Made by a program: the position numbers and the translations under genes. 64,000 nt of DNA from Clostridia bacterium (GTDB lineage Bacteria; Bacillota; Clostridia; Oscillospirales; Acutalibacteraceae), in contig JAFQRF010000015.1 of the NCBI GenBank assembly GCA_017410195.1, positions 31,553 through 95,552 on the forward strand, read 5' to 3'. The notes beneath the pieces are model-generated. The model was not told the DNA's origin and did no database searches. It saw only the letters and a program-made list of their open reading frames with translations. Positions 47,301 to 55,642 of this stretch are shown here, piece after piece. Each line of letters opens with the position of its first letter. Position 1 is the first letter of the stretch.

Positions 47301-49866
47301 GAGTGATGACTTTGAAGATTATCTTTCAACCTACACAGATCACGTTAATGCAACTCTTTTCAGAAAGCTTGATAACGAAGCAGATGCAGAGGCTGCATGC
47401 GACGGTAATGCGACTGTAGTCAGAAATGATAACGGCACTTACAGCATCAAGCTCAGCAACCAAACAACTCTCGCAACTTACCCTGACAGCGCATCGGCTA
47501 ACAGCGACCTTAAGCTTCTCAAGGATGCATATTATGTTGCAGTTGAAAGCGAAACAGAGGTTGACGAAGAGGGTAATCCTGTTATAGAGTATCATGTTTA
47601 CTGGCGTGAAAGCTATATGACAGCAGCATATAACAAGTCAACCCTTACAGACGATGCTGTTCCTTACGGTAAAGAATACTACGAGTATACTGATTTCAAC
47701 TACGCATCATTCTATCCCAGAAGAGCAGGTGCAAGTGATTTCGCCTACTATGGCGGTGAATATCAGACCTTTGCTCCCGAAGATTTCTCAGGCAGAGAAT
47801 ATTACTACACCAACGCTGACAAGGCTCTTGAAAAAGCTCAGGATTATATCGGCACCTACAGATCCTTCGCAACAAACGATCTTCCCGCAGCTTACGGCGA
47901 CTGGCTCATGTTCTCAATCGAAACTCAGCTCAGAACAAAGGATATCTGGGATAGTAACCATGACGGCAAATCGGTTATGAACGATAGCGACAGTGATTAT
48001 GCTGCTGCAACAGATTCAAGCAACGGTTATCCCGTTGACGGCGAACCCGGAATGCCCTCATCGATGTATCCGTTCTCATCACCTTCAACATCAGTCTTCT
48101 CGTTCTATGATAATAAGACCGGTGAAACAATTACCTCAGAGTCAATGAATATGTTCAATGCAACAAACTACGAGCAGATTGCTCTTGCGCTTGAATACGG
48201 CAGTGACCCTGAAAATAACGTTGAGCTTTCAGTTGAAGACACAGAATCCGTTGTAAGACTTGCTCTTTATGATGCAGTTGATGCAAACGGAACAAAGCTT
48301 GAGAAAAATGCTATTCAGTTTGATATTACAAAGAATGCAGATAATGAATATAACGGCAATCTCCAGTGGAATACTCTTTCAAACTCACAGTTGACTACTA
48401 TTGCAACATGGCTCGACAATAACGGATTTACTTATGAAGCTGTTCTTGATGAAGCAGGAAATGCAACCGGCGACTATAAGATTTTCCGTCCCGCATTCAA
48501 ACTTATTGACGAGTCATTCTCAATCTCAACTCCTAACATTGGTCTTGTTTCAACACCTGCTCTTCCTGAAGCTGAAGAACTTACAACAATCAGATATAAG
48601 AGAGGTCTTGAAACAAAGAGTGATTACGAAAAAGCATATGTTGCTCTTCACAATGCATACAAGGATTATATCACTGCTCTTTATCAGAACAGAAGATCAC
48701 TCTATAACCTTGTAGATGAAGTCAGCTATCGTTATGAAGAGGCTGAAGCAGTTCGTTCGATTCCCATGCAGAACGCAGGTGATATCATCGTTCTTGACTG
48801 GGCTATTGATTACGCAAAGAAAAATTATTATCTCTTTGATGCAGGCCGTAACTACAGATACACCGGCGAGCTCGTAAACGGTCAGCCCGAAGTTTCAAAG
48901 GTTTACACTTCAACCTCATTCGCATATCTCCAGGAAGCATATGACTATGCTGTTTCTCTCAGAAAGAAGGTTGTTTCCAACGCTGCAGTTTCAAACGAAA
49001 TAACTCAGTCAATGGTAACGGCAGCATATCAGGGCATCCTCGCTGCAATCAGAAAGCTTGTTGAATTTACAGGATTTGCGGATTGGACACAGCTTGACAG
49101 ATACATCGAAATGGCTACCGAAATCTTAAATGATCCTAACAAAAATGATCCGATTCTCGGTTATGCAAGCGGCCTTGATGTTCTTGAAGAAGTTCTTGAA
49201 GACTCAATTCTTCTCAGATCAGATTCAACAATTGACTGTGAGAGTCAGGAAACTAGGGTTGATCCTCAGGCTGCTGCTCTTAACGAAGCTATCCAGAGCC
49301 TCGTATTCAACACCATCCCCTCAATTCTTCCCACAGAAGAAGCAGGCTCAGTTGATTCCATCGCAGTTTCAAACGTTAACAACCGTCTTGTTGGTCATAT
49401 CTTCGGCCTTGCAGAAGGTACAGGTATGAACAGCACAATGGTTGATGATGATGGCACACTTACAATTGCCGGTATAACCATCGATAAAGAAATCGGTAAC
49501 GAAGTTAACTTCAGCCCCACAGGCCGCGGAAACGGTACCGGTTCTTACTTCTCAGGTCGTATCAGAACTATTGAAAGATTCAGATATTACGCAGTTGTTT
49601 ACGGTGACCTTAACGGTGATACACGTATCGACGGTTCAGACGCAGCGTATGTTCAGTATCAAATTGCAAAAGGCAAGAACACCGAAGCTGATATGGATCA
49701 CTTCATGTTCGTTGCAGCCGATGCTAACCACGACAACGTTGTTGACGCAGCTGATATCGTTGCAATCCAGAATCATTACACATATGCTGACACCAACGGT
49801 GACGGTGTTGTAAATGATGATGATAAGATTTCACAGATTGAGCATAGAGAAGAAAATATCCAGTAA
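44314..49866 (+). CDS. 1850-aa secreted acidic protein with C-terminal FIVAR-like helices and type I dockerin; core of unknown function
   Basis: Signal peptide MKKAKRLLAVLLTAVMLMTSACLPSYA; YTSTSFAYLQEAYDYA and ADWTQLDRYIEMA helices; YGDLNGDTRIDGSD and DANHDNVVDAAD Ca loops; RBS GGAGG. Confidence 0.85.
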   Translation: MKKAKRLLAVLLTAVMLMTSACLPSYAYIAEENDWHTPTDTNVHGYYLDYGQAAGYILDLLDELLADLNFYLTMDDLDKKLGIEIFEAQLGLNLDQRLYNAGIYPNNVNRVYGLETPNVDGEKGYLDLRNVDLAIRSLYAVGEALTGGNILIGAAGLALGDLLNKETGLGRLGGVVSLNYLRSNNDDILVLEHFITIVADALAPILRDILGGEFSVGPFLEGTFNDLLKDFLGPNAALDNIGGAVKDLLYSLLINSQADQINDGVDWDPNTDGVQTLSTLDAMVQKLVDWALIEGTNDTILGGGYSLLGAGHEELMPALADQPGAANLGAVAIQSDRDLDGALENNTMSFYQLVSNVLQALLGGMLTPMLSDLIVDAVGIEITEAYPFGDPSITSDMMYGMLLGSVTRDESGNLNSTAGVIENLLVSNGAPELEIEKYDSAELPADTPVGHVNAVIKWFLDDGGLDALIKIDYQGIHIQDNLMSLLNDIARLAVNLLPGLGLFAGGMDLAYTADELNEYWAYDADMNIVNGNDDAAIDALYLTYETEEIVYVDTYTENADGSKTPSIYCYYSDRSVVNTTNPDAADYMDPKMIRQHYVVTTDQVFACLIKMVLDDIIEGCYWPEWADTIPSVLAYGLAGLASPLLPENNYFARLDAYHKQMTARDGGDIYDSNGVNITPIPYTVDKEITIKDPAGSYTKTVSVPQAALDIGCSYLAAYLNTQLDLNDDEKLDTDTSLEKFAGEFLVWGFTNYLPMFTGQMNANGVLNAYYYSGEYNSETENQNHTIEKGVFMDAVNTYLCQTYSNFANRTPLNADDNADAYDAIYTLIDNTLFKLIPTSWLPDIHGSQQFVLDWLLGNLCEFDLQGILDLLTVNMDADAELNLPVIQVLLRVIDRVLALIVNDHSIILDIGRRPLTKTDGNGNYVYVAPSVDTLDKLLDCSSADAALPQLVYNLLIRINEFKRPLLATLLPLIFSAEYERPYDEEYLGNKGVAYYKSDDFEDYLSTYTDHVNATLFRKLDNEADAEAACDGNATVVRNDNGTYSIKLSNQTTLATYPDSASANSDLKLLKDAYYVAVESETEVDEEGNPVIEYHVYWRESYMTAAYNKSTLTDDAVPYGKEYYEYTDFNYASFYPRRAGASDFAYYGGEYQTFAPEDFSGREYYYTNADKALEKAQDYIGTYRSFATNDLPAAYGDWLMFSIETQLRTKDIWDSNHDGKSVMNDSDSDYAAATDSSNGYPVDGEPGMPSSMYPFSSPSTSVFSFYDNKTGETITSESMNMFNATNYEQIALALEYGSDPENNVELSVEDTESVVRLALYDAVDANGTKLEKNAIQFDITKNADNEYNGNLQWNTLSNSQLTTIATWLDNNGFTYEAVLDEAGNATGDYKIFRPAFKLIDESFSISTPNIGLVSTPALPEAEELTTIRYKRGLETKSDYEKAYVALHNAYKDYITALYQNRRSLYNLVDEVSYRYEEAEAVRSIPMQNAGDIIVLDWAIDYAKKNYYLFDAGRNYRYTGELVNGQPEVSKVYTSTSFAYLQEAYDYAVSLRKKVVSNAAVSNEITQSMVTAAYQGILAAIRKLVEFTGFADWTQLDRYIEMATEILNDPNKNDPILGYASGLDVLEEVLEDSILLRSDSTIDCESQETRVDPQAAALNEAIQSLVFNTIPSILPTEEAGSVDSIAVSNVNNRLVGHIFGLAEGTGMNSTMVDDDGTLTIAGITIDKEIGNEVNFSPTGRGNGTGSYFSGRIRTIERFRYYAVVYGDLNGDTRIDGSDAAYVQYQIAKGKNTEADMDHFMFVAADANHDNVVDAADIVAIQNHYTYADTNGDGVVNDDDKISQIEHREENIQ

Positions 49867-49902
49867 TCTGATTGTCAACGATACACAAATCAAATTAAAC
49901 TT

Positions 49903-49933
49903 AATCCCCCTCGGTTCGCCGAGGGGGATTTTT
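49903..49933 (+). terminator. Terminator of the large dockerin gene
   Basis: AATCCCCCTCGG-TTCG-CCGAGGGGGATT plus T-run. Confidence 0.9.
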
Positions 49934-50108
49934 CCTGCTTTAGTATATAAATTTATATGCTTTGGTATATTGGCTTATTTGCAGGTGCTTGTTAACATTC
50001 TGTTAAAAAATGAAAGATGAAAATCAAATTCTTGCAAAAGTTATTCACTTATTTATACCGTATATACTGTATAAAATTAGTGCAAAATAAGAATAATTAA
50101 ACCTGTAA

Positions 50109-50187
50109 AGTGGAAAACTTTACGCTCATAATTAGAATTCAGAAAAATAAATCGGAGTTTTCCACTTTTTCCACCGAGTTATCCACA
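50109..50187. promoter_or_regulatory. DnaA-box-like cluster
   Basis: Perfect TTATCCACA (50179-50187), TTTTCCACT (50158-50166), TTTTCCACC (50167-50175), inverted AGTGGAAAA (50109-50117). Confidence 0.5.
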
Positions 50188-50316
50188 TATGCAAGTAAAA
50201 GACTTTACAGCTTTTGGCTGTAAAGTCTTTTTGCTTTACTGCATATATGCATGCATATATAAATGTATATTAATATATATAAAGAAGAAGTTTGCAAGAA
50301 AGCATTCAAAAAGCGA

Positions 50317-51438
50317 TTAAAGCATTCTTTTACCCTTGACGAAAACAGCTTTTATCTCTGAAAAATCCTCCGACAGAATGAGCAAATCTGCGTTCTTTCC
50401 TTCTTCAATGCTGCCCGTTTTTTCATCAACCCCGATTGCTCTTGCAGGGTTGATTGTGAGGGATTTAATTGCCTGTTTAAGCGGAATTCCGAACTTTAAA
50501 AGATTGTGGAATTCTTCAAAAAGATTCGTGCTGCTGCCTGCAAGAGTTCCGTCTGCAAGTCTTGCGGCATCTGTTTTATATATCTTCTGACCGCCAAGCA
50601 TGTATTCACCCTCGGGAAGCCCTACCGACATTGTTCCGTCGCTGATAACAACAGTTCTGTCCTCTCCGAGTGCTTTAAATGTTATTCTGAGTGTTGCAGA
50701 TGAGATGTGAATGCCGTCGCATATGAGTTCAGCAAAAATCTCATCGCTGTCAAGAACCGCACCGACCATTCCGGGTTCTCTTGAACCGAGTCCGCTCATT
50801 GCGTTGTAAAGATGTGTTGCGTGTGTTATGCCCCAGCCGAATGCTTCTTTTGCTTTTGCGTAGTCAGCCGTGGTATGCGCCGCTGAAACCGTGCAAAGCT
50901 TTGATGCTTTTTTTGTGAATTCTTCGGCACCGTTTCTTTCGGGAGCAATGTCAACAAGTTTTACCGGGCAAATGTCATTCAGCTCATTGAATAGTTCAAA
51001 ATCAGGTTCAACTATATGTGCGCCGTCCTGTGCGCCTTTCTTTTCAGGTGCAATAAACGGACCTTCCATATTTATTCCGTGGATATATGCTCCTTCTTCT
51101 TTTCCCATTGTATCCGCAATATAACCGAAGCATTTTCTGAGTGTATCGGCAGGCAGCGTCATTGTTGTAGGACAAAAAGAAGTTATGCCGTTTTTAGCAA
51201 GCCATTTGCTCATGTTTGCAACTGAGTCAGGTTTTCCGTCGGTTGCATCAGCAAGATTACAGCCGTGAATGTGAATGTCGATGAACCCGGGTATAACAAC
51301 GCATCCTTCAAAGTTTTCACCGTCAGCATTTGTAGGGGTGATTTTTTTGATTATTCCTTCGCCGATTTCGAGATCGGTTTTAAGCGGTTCAAAATTTCCG
51401 CCATAGACTGTTGCATTTTTAATTATCATTTTATTCAC
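50317..51438 (-). CDS. nagA: N-acetylglucosamine-6-phosphate deacetylase
   Basis: PGFIDIHIHG, EGPF, AHT, THLYNAM, ICDGIH, ISD, LAGS, NPA. Confidence 0.96.
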   Translation of the reverse strand: MNKMIIKNATVYGGNFEPLKTDLEIGEGIIKKITPTNADGENFEGCVVIPGFIDIHIHGCNLADATDGKPDSVANMSKWLAKNGITSFCPTTMTLPADTLRKCFGYIADTMGKEEGAYIHGINMEGPFIAPEKKGAQDGAHIVEPDFELFNELNDICPVKLVDIAPERNGAEEFTKKASKLCTVSAAHTTADYAKAKEAFGWGITHATHLYNAMSGLGSREPGMVGAVLDSDEIFAELICDGIHISSATLRITFKALGEDRTVVISDGTMSVGLPEGEYMLGGQKIYKTDAARLADGTLAGSSTNLFEEFHNLLKFGIPLKQAIKSLTINPARAIGVDEKTGSIEEGKNADLLILSEDFSEIKAVFVKGKRML

Positions 51439-51456
51439 CGTCCGTTATATTAAAAT

Positions 51457-51483
51457 AAAAAGCCGCAACGTAAGCTGCGGCTT
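51457..51483 (-). terminator. Terminator after acpP
   Basis: AGCCGCA...TGCGGCT stem followed by U-run on the minus strand. Confidence 0.7.
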
Positions 51484-51489
51484 GACAGT

Positions 51490-51717
51490 TTAGATTCTGT
51501 CTTCGATATAAGTTACAAGGTCGCCGACTGTCTTGATTTTGTCAAGAGCATCGTCTGAAAGCTCAATATCAAATTCGTCTTCGATTGACATTGCAAGGTC
51601 AACAAGGTCAAGGCTGTCTGCTCCGAGTTCGCCTGTGATTGATGAACCTTCGGAAATAATGCTCTGATCAACTTCGAGCTGTTCGCTGATGATTTTTTTG
51701 ATTTTTTCGAATACCAT
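51490..51717 (-). CDS. acpP: Acyl carrier protein
   Basis: LGADSLDLVDL phosphopantetheine site; IEDEFDIEL; IKTVGD. Confidence 0.95.
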   Translation of the reverse strand: MVFEKIKKIISEQLEVDQSIISEGSSITGELGADSLDLVDLAMSIEDEFDIELSDDALDKIKTVGDLVTYIEDRI

Positions 51718-51856
51718 TTCTTAATCTCCTTTAAATATGTTTGTTGGATTTTACATTATAAATATTATTGATTTATCTTTGTTTTGTCAATAGTAATTTT
51801 TGAAAATCGGGAATATCCGCAAAAAGTTCACCGATAATACTAAAAAAGGAGTGATA

Positions 51857-52225
51857 ATGACGGATATTTTAATTGATTTGCTGAAAGCGTTTGCGGTTGG
51901 CGGTTGCATATGCCTGATAGGACAGATCCTGATTGATTTGACAAAGCTGACACCGGCAAGAATTCTTGTTGCTTTTGTGGTTTTGGGGGTTATTCTTACA
52001 GCGGCGGGCTTATATGAACCGCTCGTTGATTGGGCCGGCGCAGGAGCAACGGTACCGCTCACCGGATTTGGCTTTACAATGGCAAAGGGAATCGAAAAAG
52101 CAATTGCCGAACAGGGGATAAGAGGCATCCTGACCGGTGCGCTGACTGCGGCATCGGGAGGAATTACGGCTGCAGTTCTCTGCGGGCTGATAGCATCGTT
52201 TCTGGCAAAGCCGAAAGAGAAGTAA
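51857..52225 (+). CDS. spoVAE: Stage V sporulation protein AE (SpoVAC/VAEb family)
   Basis: Start ATG 51857; AFAVGGCICLIGQILID.TKLTPARILV, GAGATVPLTGFG, GILTG, KPK. Confidence 0.88.
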   Translation: MTDILIDLLKAFAVGGCICLIGQILIDLTKLTPARILVAFVVLGVILTAAGLYEPLVDWAGAGATVPLTGFGFTMAKGIEKAIAEQGIRGILTGALTAASGGITAAVLCGLIASFLAKPKEK

Positions 52226-52327
52226 TCCGTCTGCCTAAATATATGATAATTAAATTTCGGGTTTTGTCAACTCAGTCGGGAACAAATTAATAAAATCTTA
52301 GAAATTTTTTAAGGTGCGAAAGAAAAA

Positions 52328-52350
52328 TCCCTTGCCGGCAGGCAAGGGAA
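52328..52350. terminator. Terminator of the 51-aa protein (may also serve spoVAE)
   Basis: TCCCTTGCC-GGCA-GGCAAGGGA with an A-run on the left (U-run on the minus strand). Confidence 0.75.
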
Positions 52351-52360
52351 ATAAAATCAA

Positions 52361-52516
52361 TTATGCTTCTTCGCAGCAGGAGCAGGAAACGTAGTTTTCT
52401 TCACAGTCTGCAACTGCATTCTTTTTGTCAAGATACTTTTTGATTGCAAAATAAATTGCTGCTGCAGCACCTGCGATAGCAATGATTGAACCGATGATTT
52501 TAAGAGCCTTTTTCAT
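52361..52516 (-). CDS. Small 51-aa single-TM protein with acidic Cys-rich tail (absent from the ORF track)
   Basis: MKKALKIIGSIIAIAGAAAAIYFAIKKYLDKKNAVADCEENYVSCSCCEEA; GGAGG RBS; TTGACA-17-TATAAT promoter (52583-52555); own terminator. Confidence 0.82.
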   Translation of the reverse strand: MKKALKIIGSIIAIAGAAAAIYFAIKKYLDKKNAVADCEENYVSCSCCEEA

Positions 52517-52659
52517 TTTGATTTACCTCCCGAGAGAAATTTTTCATTAGTATAATTATATCTCAATAGTCTTTAATTGTCAATAATTTAATAACCGCGG
52601 TCATAAAAAGTTTACAACCACGGTCATTTTTTGCGTTGTTAAATTGTTTTACACAAAAC

Positions 52660-52911
52660 TTATTTAATAAGCTGTGCAAGAGCTGACTTTTTGTGAGCAG
52701 CATTGTTCTTGTGAATAAGACCCTTTGCAGCTGCCTGGTCAACCTTCTTGATAGCCTCTTTAACAAGGGCGTTTGCTTCGGGAGCATTTGCTTCAACGGC
52801 TGCATGAGCCTTTTTGATTGCTGTTTTGAGAGCTGTGTTGCGTGATTTGTTTCTTGCAGCTCTGGTCTTGTTAACAAGAACTCTTTTCTTTGCTGACTTA
52901 ATATTAGGCAT
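52660..52911 (-). CDS. rpsT: 30S ribosomal protein S20
   Basis: Start ATG 52911; MPNIKSAKKRV...RNKSRNTALKTAIKK...KGLIHKNNAAHKKS. Confidence 0.97.
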   Translation of the reverse strand: MPNIKSAKKRVLVNKTRAARNKSRNTALKTAIKKAHAAVEANAPEANALVKEAIKKVDQAAAKGLIHKNNAAHKKSALAQLIK

Positions 52912-53060
52912 AACGACACCTCCTTCTTCATACAGGTGATTATGATAACACATTTTTTTGATAAATGCAAGATTTTTTTGAAAATTGTTTGAAACTTTTG
53001 AAAAAAATTTGCAATTAATAATACTAAATTTTCTGAAAAAAATCAAGAGGTAATTTTAAA

Positions 53061-53930
53061 ATGGATTTCAGAACCGATTTGGCGCTTGAAAGATGTGAAA
53101 ATTTAGCCCAAAAGGACCTTGACGGAATTCTCGTGGAAAGCTATGATTCCAACGGTGCAACGGTAACGAGAATAGATGTCATAAACGCCTCAGGTGAGAA
53201 AACAATCGGAAAACCGCAGGGCAGATATGTTACGGTTGAGGTTGCACCGTTTGCAAAGCATGCACAGTTTATCGATAAAAGTCTTGATGCCGTGAAAGAA
53301 GAAATCAGACGTATGCTGCCCGAAAAGGGGAGCGTACTTGTTGCGGGTCTCGGCAATTCGAAAATAACTCCCGATGCGCTCGGTCCGAAATGTGCATCGA
53401 TGATTTTTGCAACTCGTCATATAACCGGAGAGCTTCTTAAAGAAACGGGATTTGAGGGTTTGCGAAGCGTGAGTGCGTTTTCAACCGGTGTTCTTGGCGA
53501 AACGGGTGCCGAAGCGGGAGAAATGATAAAAGGCATTGTTGAAATGCTGAAGCCTGATACGGTTATAACCGTTGATGCACTTGCGGCAAGGGACGTCAGT
53601 CGGCTCGGAACGACAATACAGATGTGCAATACGGGTATTGTTCCCGGCTCCGGGGTCGGCAATGCAAGGCTTGAGATAAGCAAAAGGACAATCGGAGTGC
53701 CTGTAATTTCGATAGGTGTTCCTACCGTTGTTGATGCGGCAACACTTATTTCCGATTTTGCTCAGGGTGTTAATGAGTCTGATATTCCCGAACAAGCTGA
53801 AAATATGATGGTTACGCCCCGTGAGGTTGATATGATGATTGAAAGGGCGGCAAAACTTACTTCTCTTGCCATCAACTGTGCGCTTCAGCCTGAGATTGCT
53901 CCCGAGGATATGCTGATTTTAACTGCATAA
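53061..53930 (+). CDS. gpr: Spore germination protease GPR (A25)
   Basis: RTDLALE, GLGN..ITPDALGP, TVDALAAR, GIVPGSGVGN, GVPTVVDAATL, VTPREVD; divergent from rpsT. Confidence 0.94.
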   Translation: MDFRTDLALERCENLAQKDLDGILVESYDSNGATVTRIDVINASGEKTIGKPQGRYVTVEVAPFAKHAQFIDKSLDAVKEEIRRMLPEKGSVLVAGLGNSKITPDALGPKCASMIFATRHITGELLKETGFEGLRSVSAFSTGVLGETGAEAGEMIKGIVEMLKPDTVITVDALAARDVSRLGTTIQMCNTGIVPGSGVGNARLEISKRTIGVPVISIGVPTVVDAATLISDFAQGVNESDIPEQAENMMVTPREVDMMIERAAKLTSLAINCALQPEIAPEDMLILTA

Positions 53931-53941
53931 ATCTATTTTTG

Positions 53942-53974
53942 ACCGATTGCTGAAAAGTAATCGGTATTTTCTTT
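53942..53974 (+). terminator. gpr terminator
   Basis: ACCGATTGCT-GAAA-AGTAATCGGT plus T-run. Confidence 0.75.
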
Positions 53975-54067
53975 TATCGGTAAAACTATATCTTGTGTCG
54001 GTTCTGTGAGGATGATACAAGAAACAAAAATCTTTTGAAATTTTCTTGATTTTTTTGAAAAAAACAC

Positions 54068-54124
54068 TTGCATTTATATGGGGTTCGCATTATAATAAAG
54101 GGGATGTTAGGGTGAGTTTGGGGG
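54068..54124 (+). promoter_or_regulatory. dcw/mraZ promoter with 10-bp-phased G-tracts (probable MraZ operator)
   Basis: TTGCAT(54068-54073)-17 bp-TATAAT(54091-54096); G-runs starting at 54080, 54100, 54110, 54120. Confidence 0.65.
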
Positions 54125-54171
54125 AAAATGCAGACTCTCGGAGAGTTTTTTGGAAAGAAGGAGGAAGACAA

Positions 54172-54627
54172 ATGTCATTGCTTTTGGCCGGCAAGGAATC
54201 AAGAAAGTTTGACCAGGTCAACAGAATAGCTCTTCCTACTTGTTTCAGAAAAGAAATCGGGGAAACTGCAATCCTCATGAAATCCGTTCACAAAGAACCG
54301 TGCCTTATGCTTTTTACCGAGCAGAGCTGGGAGGATTTCAGCTACGCTTTCATCTATTCATTTGATGACCCGATGAAGCGTGCAAAGGCTCAAAGACGCC
54401 TTGCAGACAGAGTTGAAAAAGTAACGGTCGATAAATCCGGCAGAATTTCCATTAAGGATGATTTCAAAGCATATGCTCAGCTTACCGATGATGCTTATTT
54501 CGTCGGAATGATGGACAGGGTTGAAATCTGGAGTGTTGAAAACTGGGATCTCATCAATTCGGATGATGACGATGATGACGATTTCTTCAGCGGAATAAAT
54601 TACAGCGCTCCCAGGAGGTCGGAATGA
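54172..54627 (+). CDS. mraZ: Division/cell-wall cluster repressor MraZ
   Basis: Start ATG 54172 after GGAGG; two DxxxR motifs (DQVNR, DKSGR), G..DRVEIWS..NW; first gene of the dcw cluster. Confidence 0.85.
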   Translation: MSLLLAGKESRKFDQVNRIALPTCFRKEIGETAILMKSVHKEPCLMLFTEQSWEDFSYAFIYSFDDPMKRAKAQRRLADRVEKVTVDKSGRISIKDDFKAYAQLTDDAYFVGMMDRVEIWSVENWDLINSDDDDDDDFFSGINYSAPRRSE

Positions 54628-55556
54628 GCGGAAATGCAAATGAATTCCACCATATTCCCGTGCTTTTCAACGAAACAATCGAATCGCTTAATATAAAGCC
54701 CGACGGAATCTATGTTGACTGCACTTCGGGCGGCGGCGGTCATTCAAGCGAAATAGCAAAACGCCTGAACGGCGGAAGGCTGATTTCGATTGACAGAGAC
54801 CCCGAGGCGATTGAAACGCTCAAGGAAAGGCTTCTTCCTTTTGGGTGCGTGACGGTTGTTCATGATAATTTTTTTAATATTAAATCTATTCTCGATTCTC
54901 TGGGCGTGAGTGAGGTTGACGGTATACTTGCCGACCTTGGAGTCAGCTCACATCAGCTTGACGAACCCTCAAGGGGATTCTCATTCCATCATGATGCACC
55001 TCTCGACATGCGAATGAGTCTTGAAGGGTTGAGCGCCGCTCAGGCTGTTAACACGCTTTCGCAAAGCGAGCTTCAGAGAATTATTTTTGAATACGGCGAA
55101 GAAAAATTCGCCCCGTCGATTTCAAGGGCTATCGTCAGGGCAAGAGGCGAGAAACCTATTGAAACGACGTTTGAACTTTCGGACATAATCAAATCCGCAA
55201 TGCCTGCGGCTGCAAAGCGTGACGGGCATCCCGCAAGAAAAACGTTCCAGGCAATACGCATTTATGTTAACGGAGAGCTTGACGGGCTTGGAAATGCGGT
55301 TTCCGATATGTTTGATTGTCTGAAACCGGGCGGAAGGGTTAGTATCATAACCTTCCATTCGCTTGAGGATAAAACGGTTAAGCATCAGTTTGCATCTCTC
55401 GCAAAAGGATGCACCTGCCCGAAGAATTTTCCCGTGTGTGTTTGCGGCAACAAGCCGAAGGCAAAGGTGCTTAAAGCTGTTGCTCCCGGCACGAAAGAGC
55501 TTTCCGAGAATATGAGAAGCCGCAGCGCAAGGCTTCGCACGGCGGAAAAAATTTGA
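54624..55556 (+). CDS. rsmH: 16S rRNA m4C1402 methyltransferase
   Basis: HIPVL, VDCTSGGGGHS, DLGVSSHQLD..RGFSF, PLDMRM, TFQAIRIYVN, FHSLED, RSRSARLR. Confidence 0.97.
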   Translation: MSGNANEFHHIPVLFNETIESLNIKPDGIYVDCTSGGGGHSSEIAKRLNGGRLISIDRDPEAIETLKERLLPFGCVTVVHDNFFNIKSILDSLGVSEVDGILADLGVSSHQLDEPSRGFSFHHDAPLDMRMSLEGLSAAQAVNTLSQSELQRIIFEYGEEKFAPSISRAIVRARGEKPIETTFELSDIIKSAMPAAAKRDGHPARKTFQAIRIYVNGELDGLGNAVSDMFDCLKPGGRVSIITFHSLEDKTVKHQFASLAKGCTCPKNFPVCVCGNKPKAKVLKAVAPGTKELSENMRSRSARLRTAEKI

Positions 55557-55642
55557 ATTAACCAAATAACGCACGACGTTTTATTTTGGATGACTATGAC
55601 ATTGTTGCTCAATTTTCAGTTTTCAAGGAAGGAGGAAGAAAT

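Noticed and set aside
52563-53046. 135-aa and 128-aa ORFs around rpsT
   Set aside because: The first is an alternate-frame shadow and the second is an upstream extension of rpsT (true start 52911)
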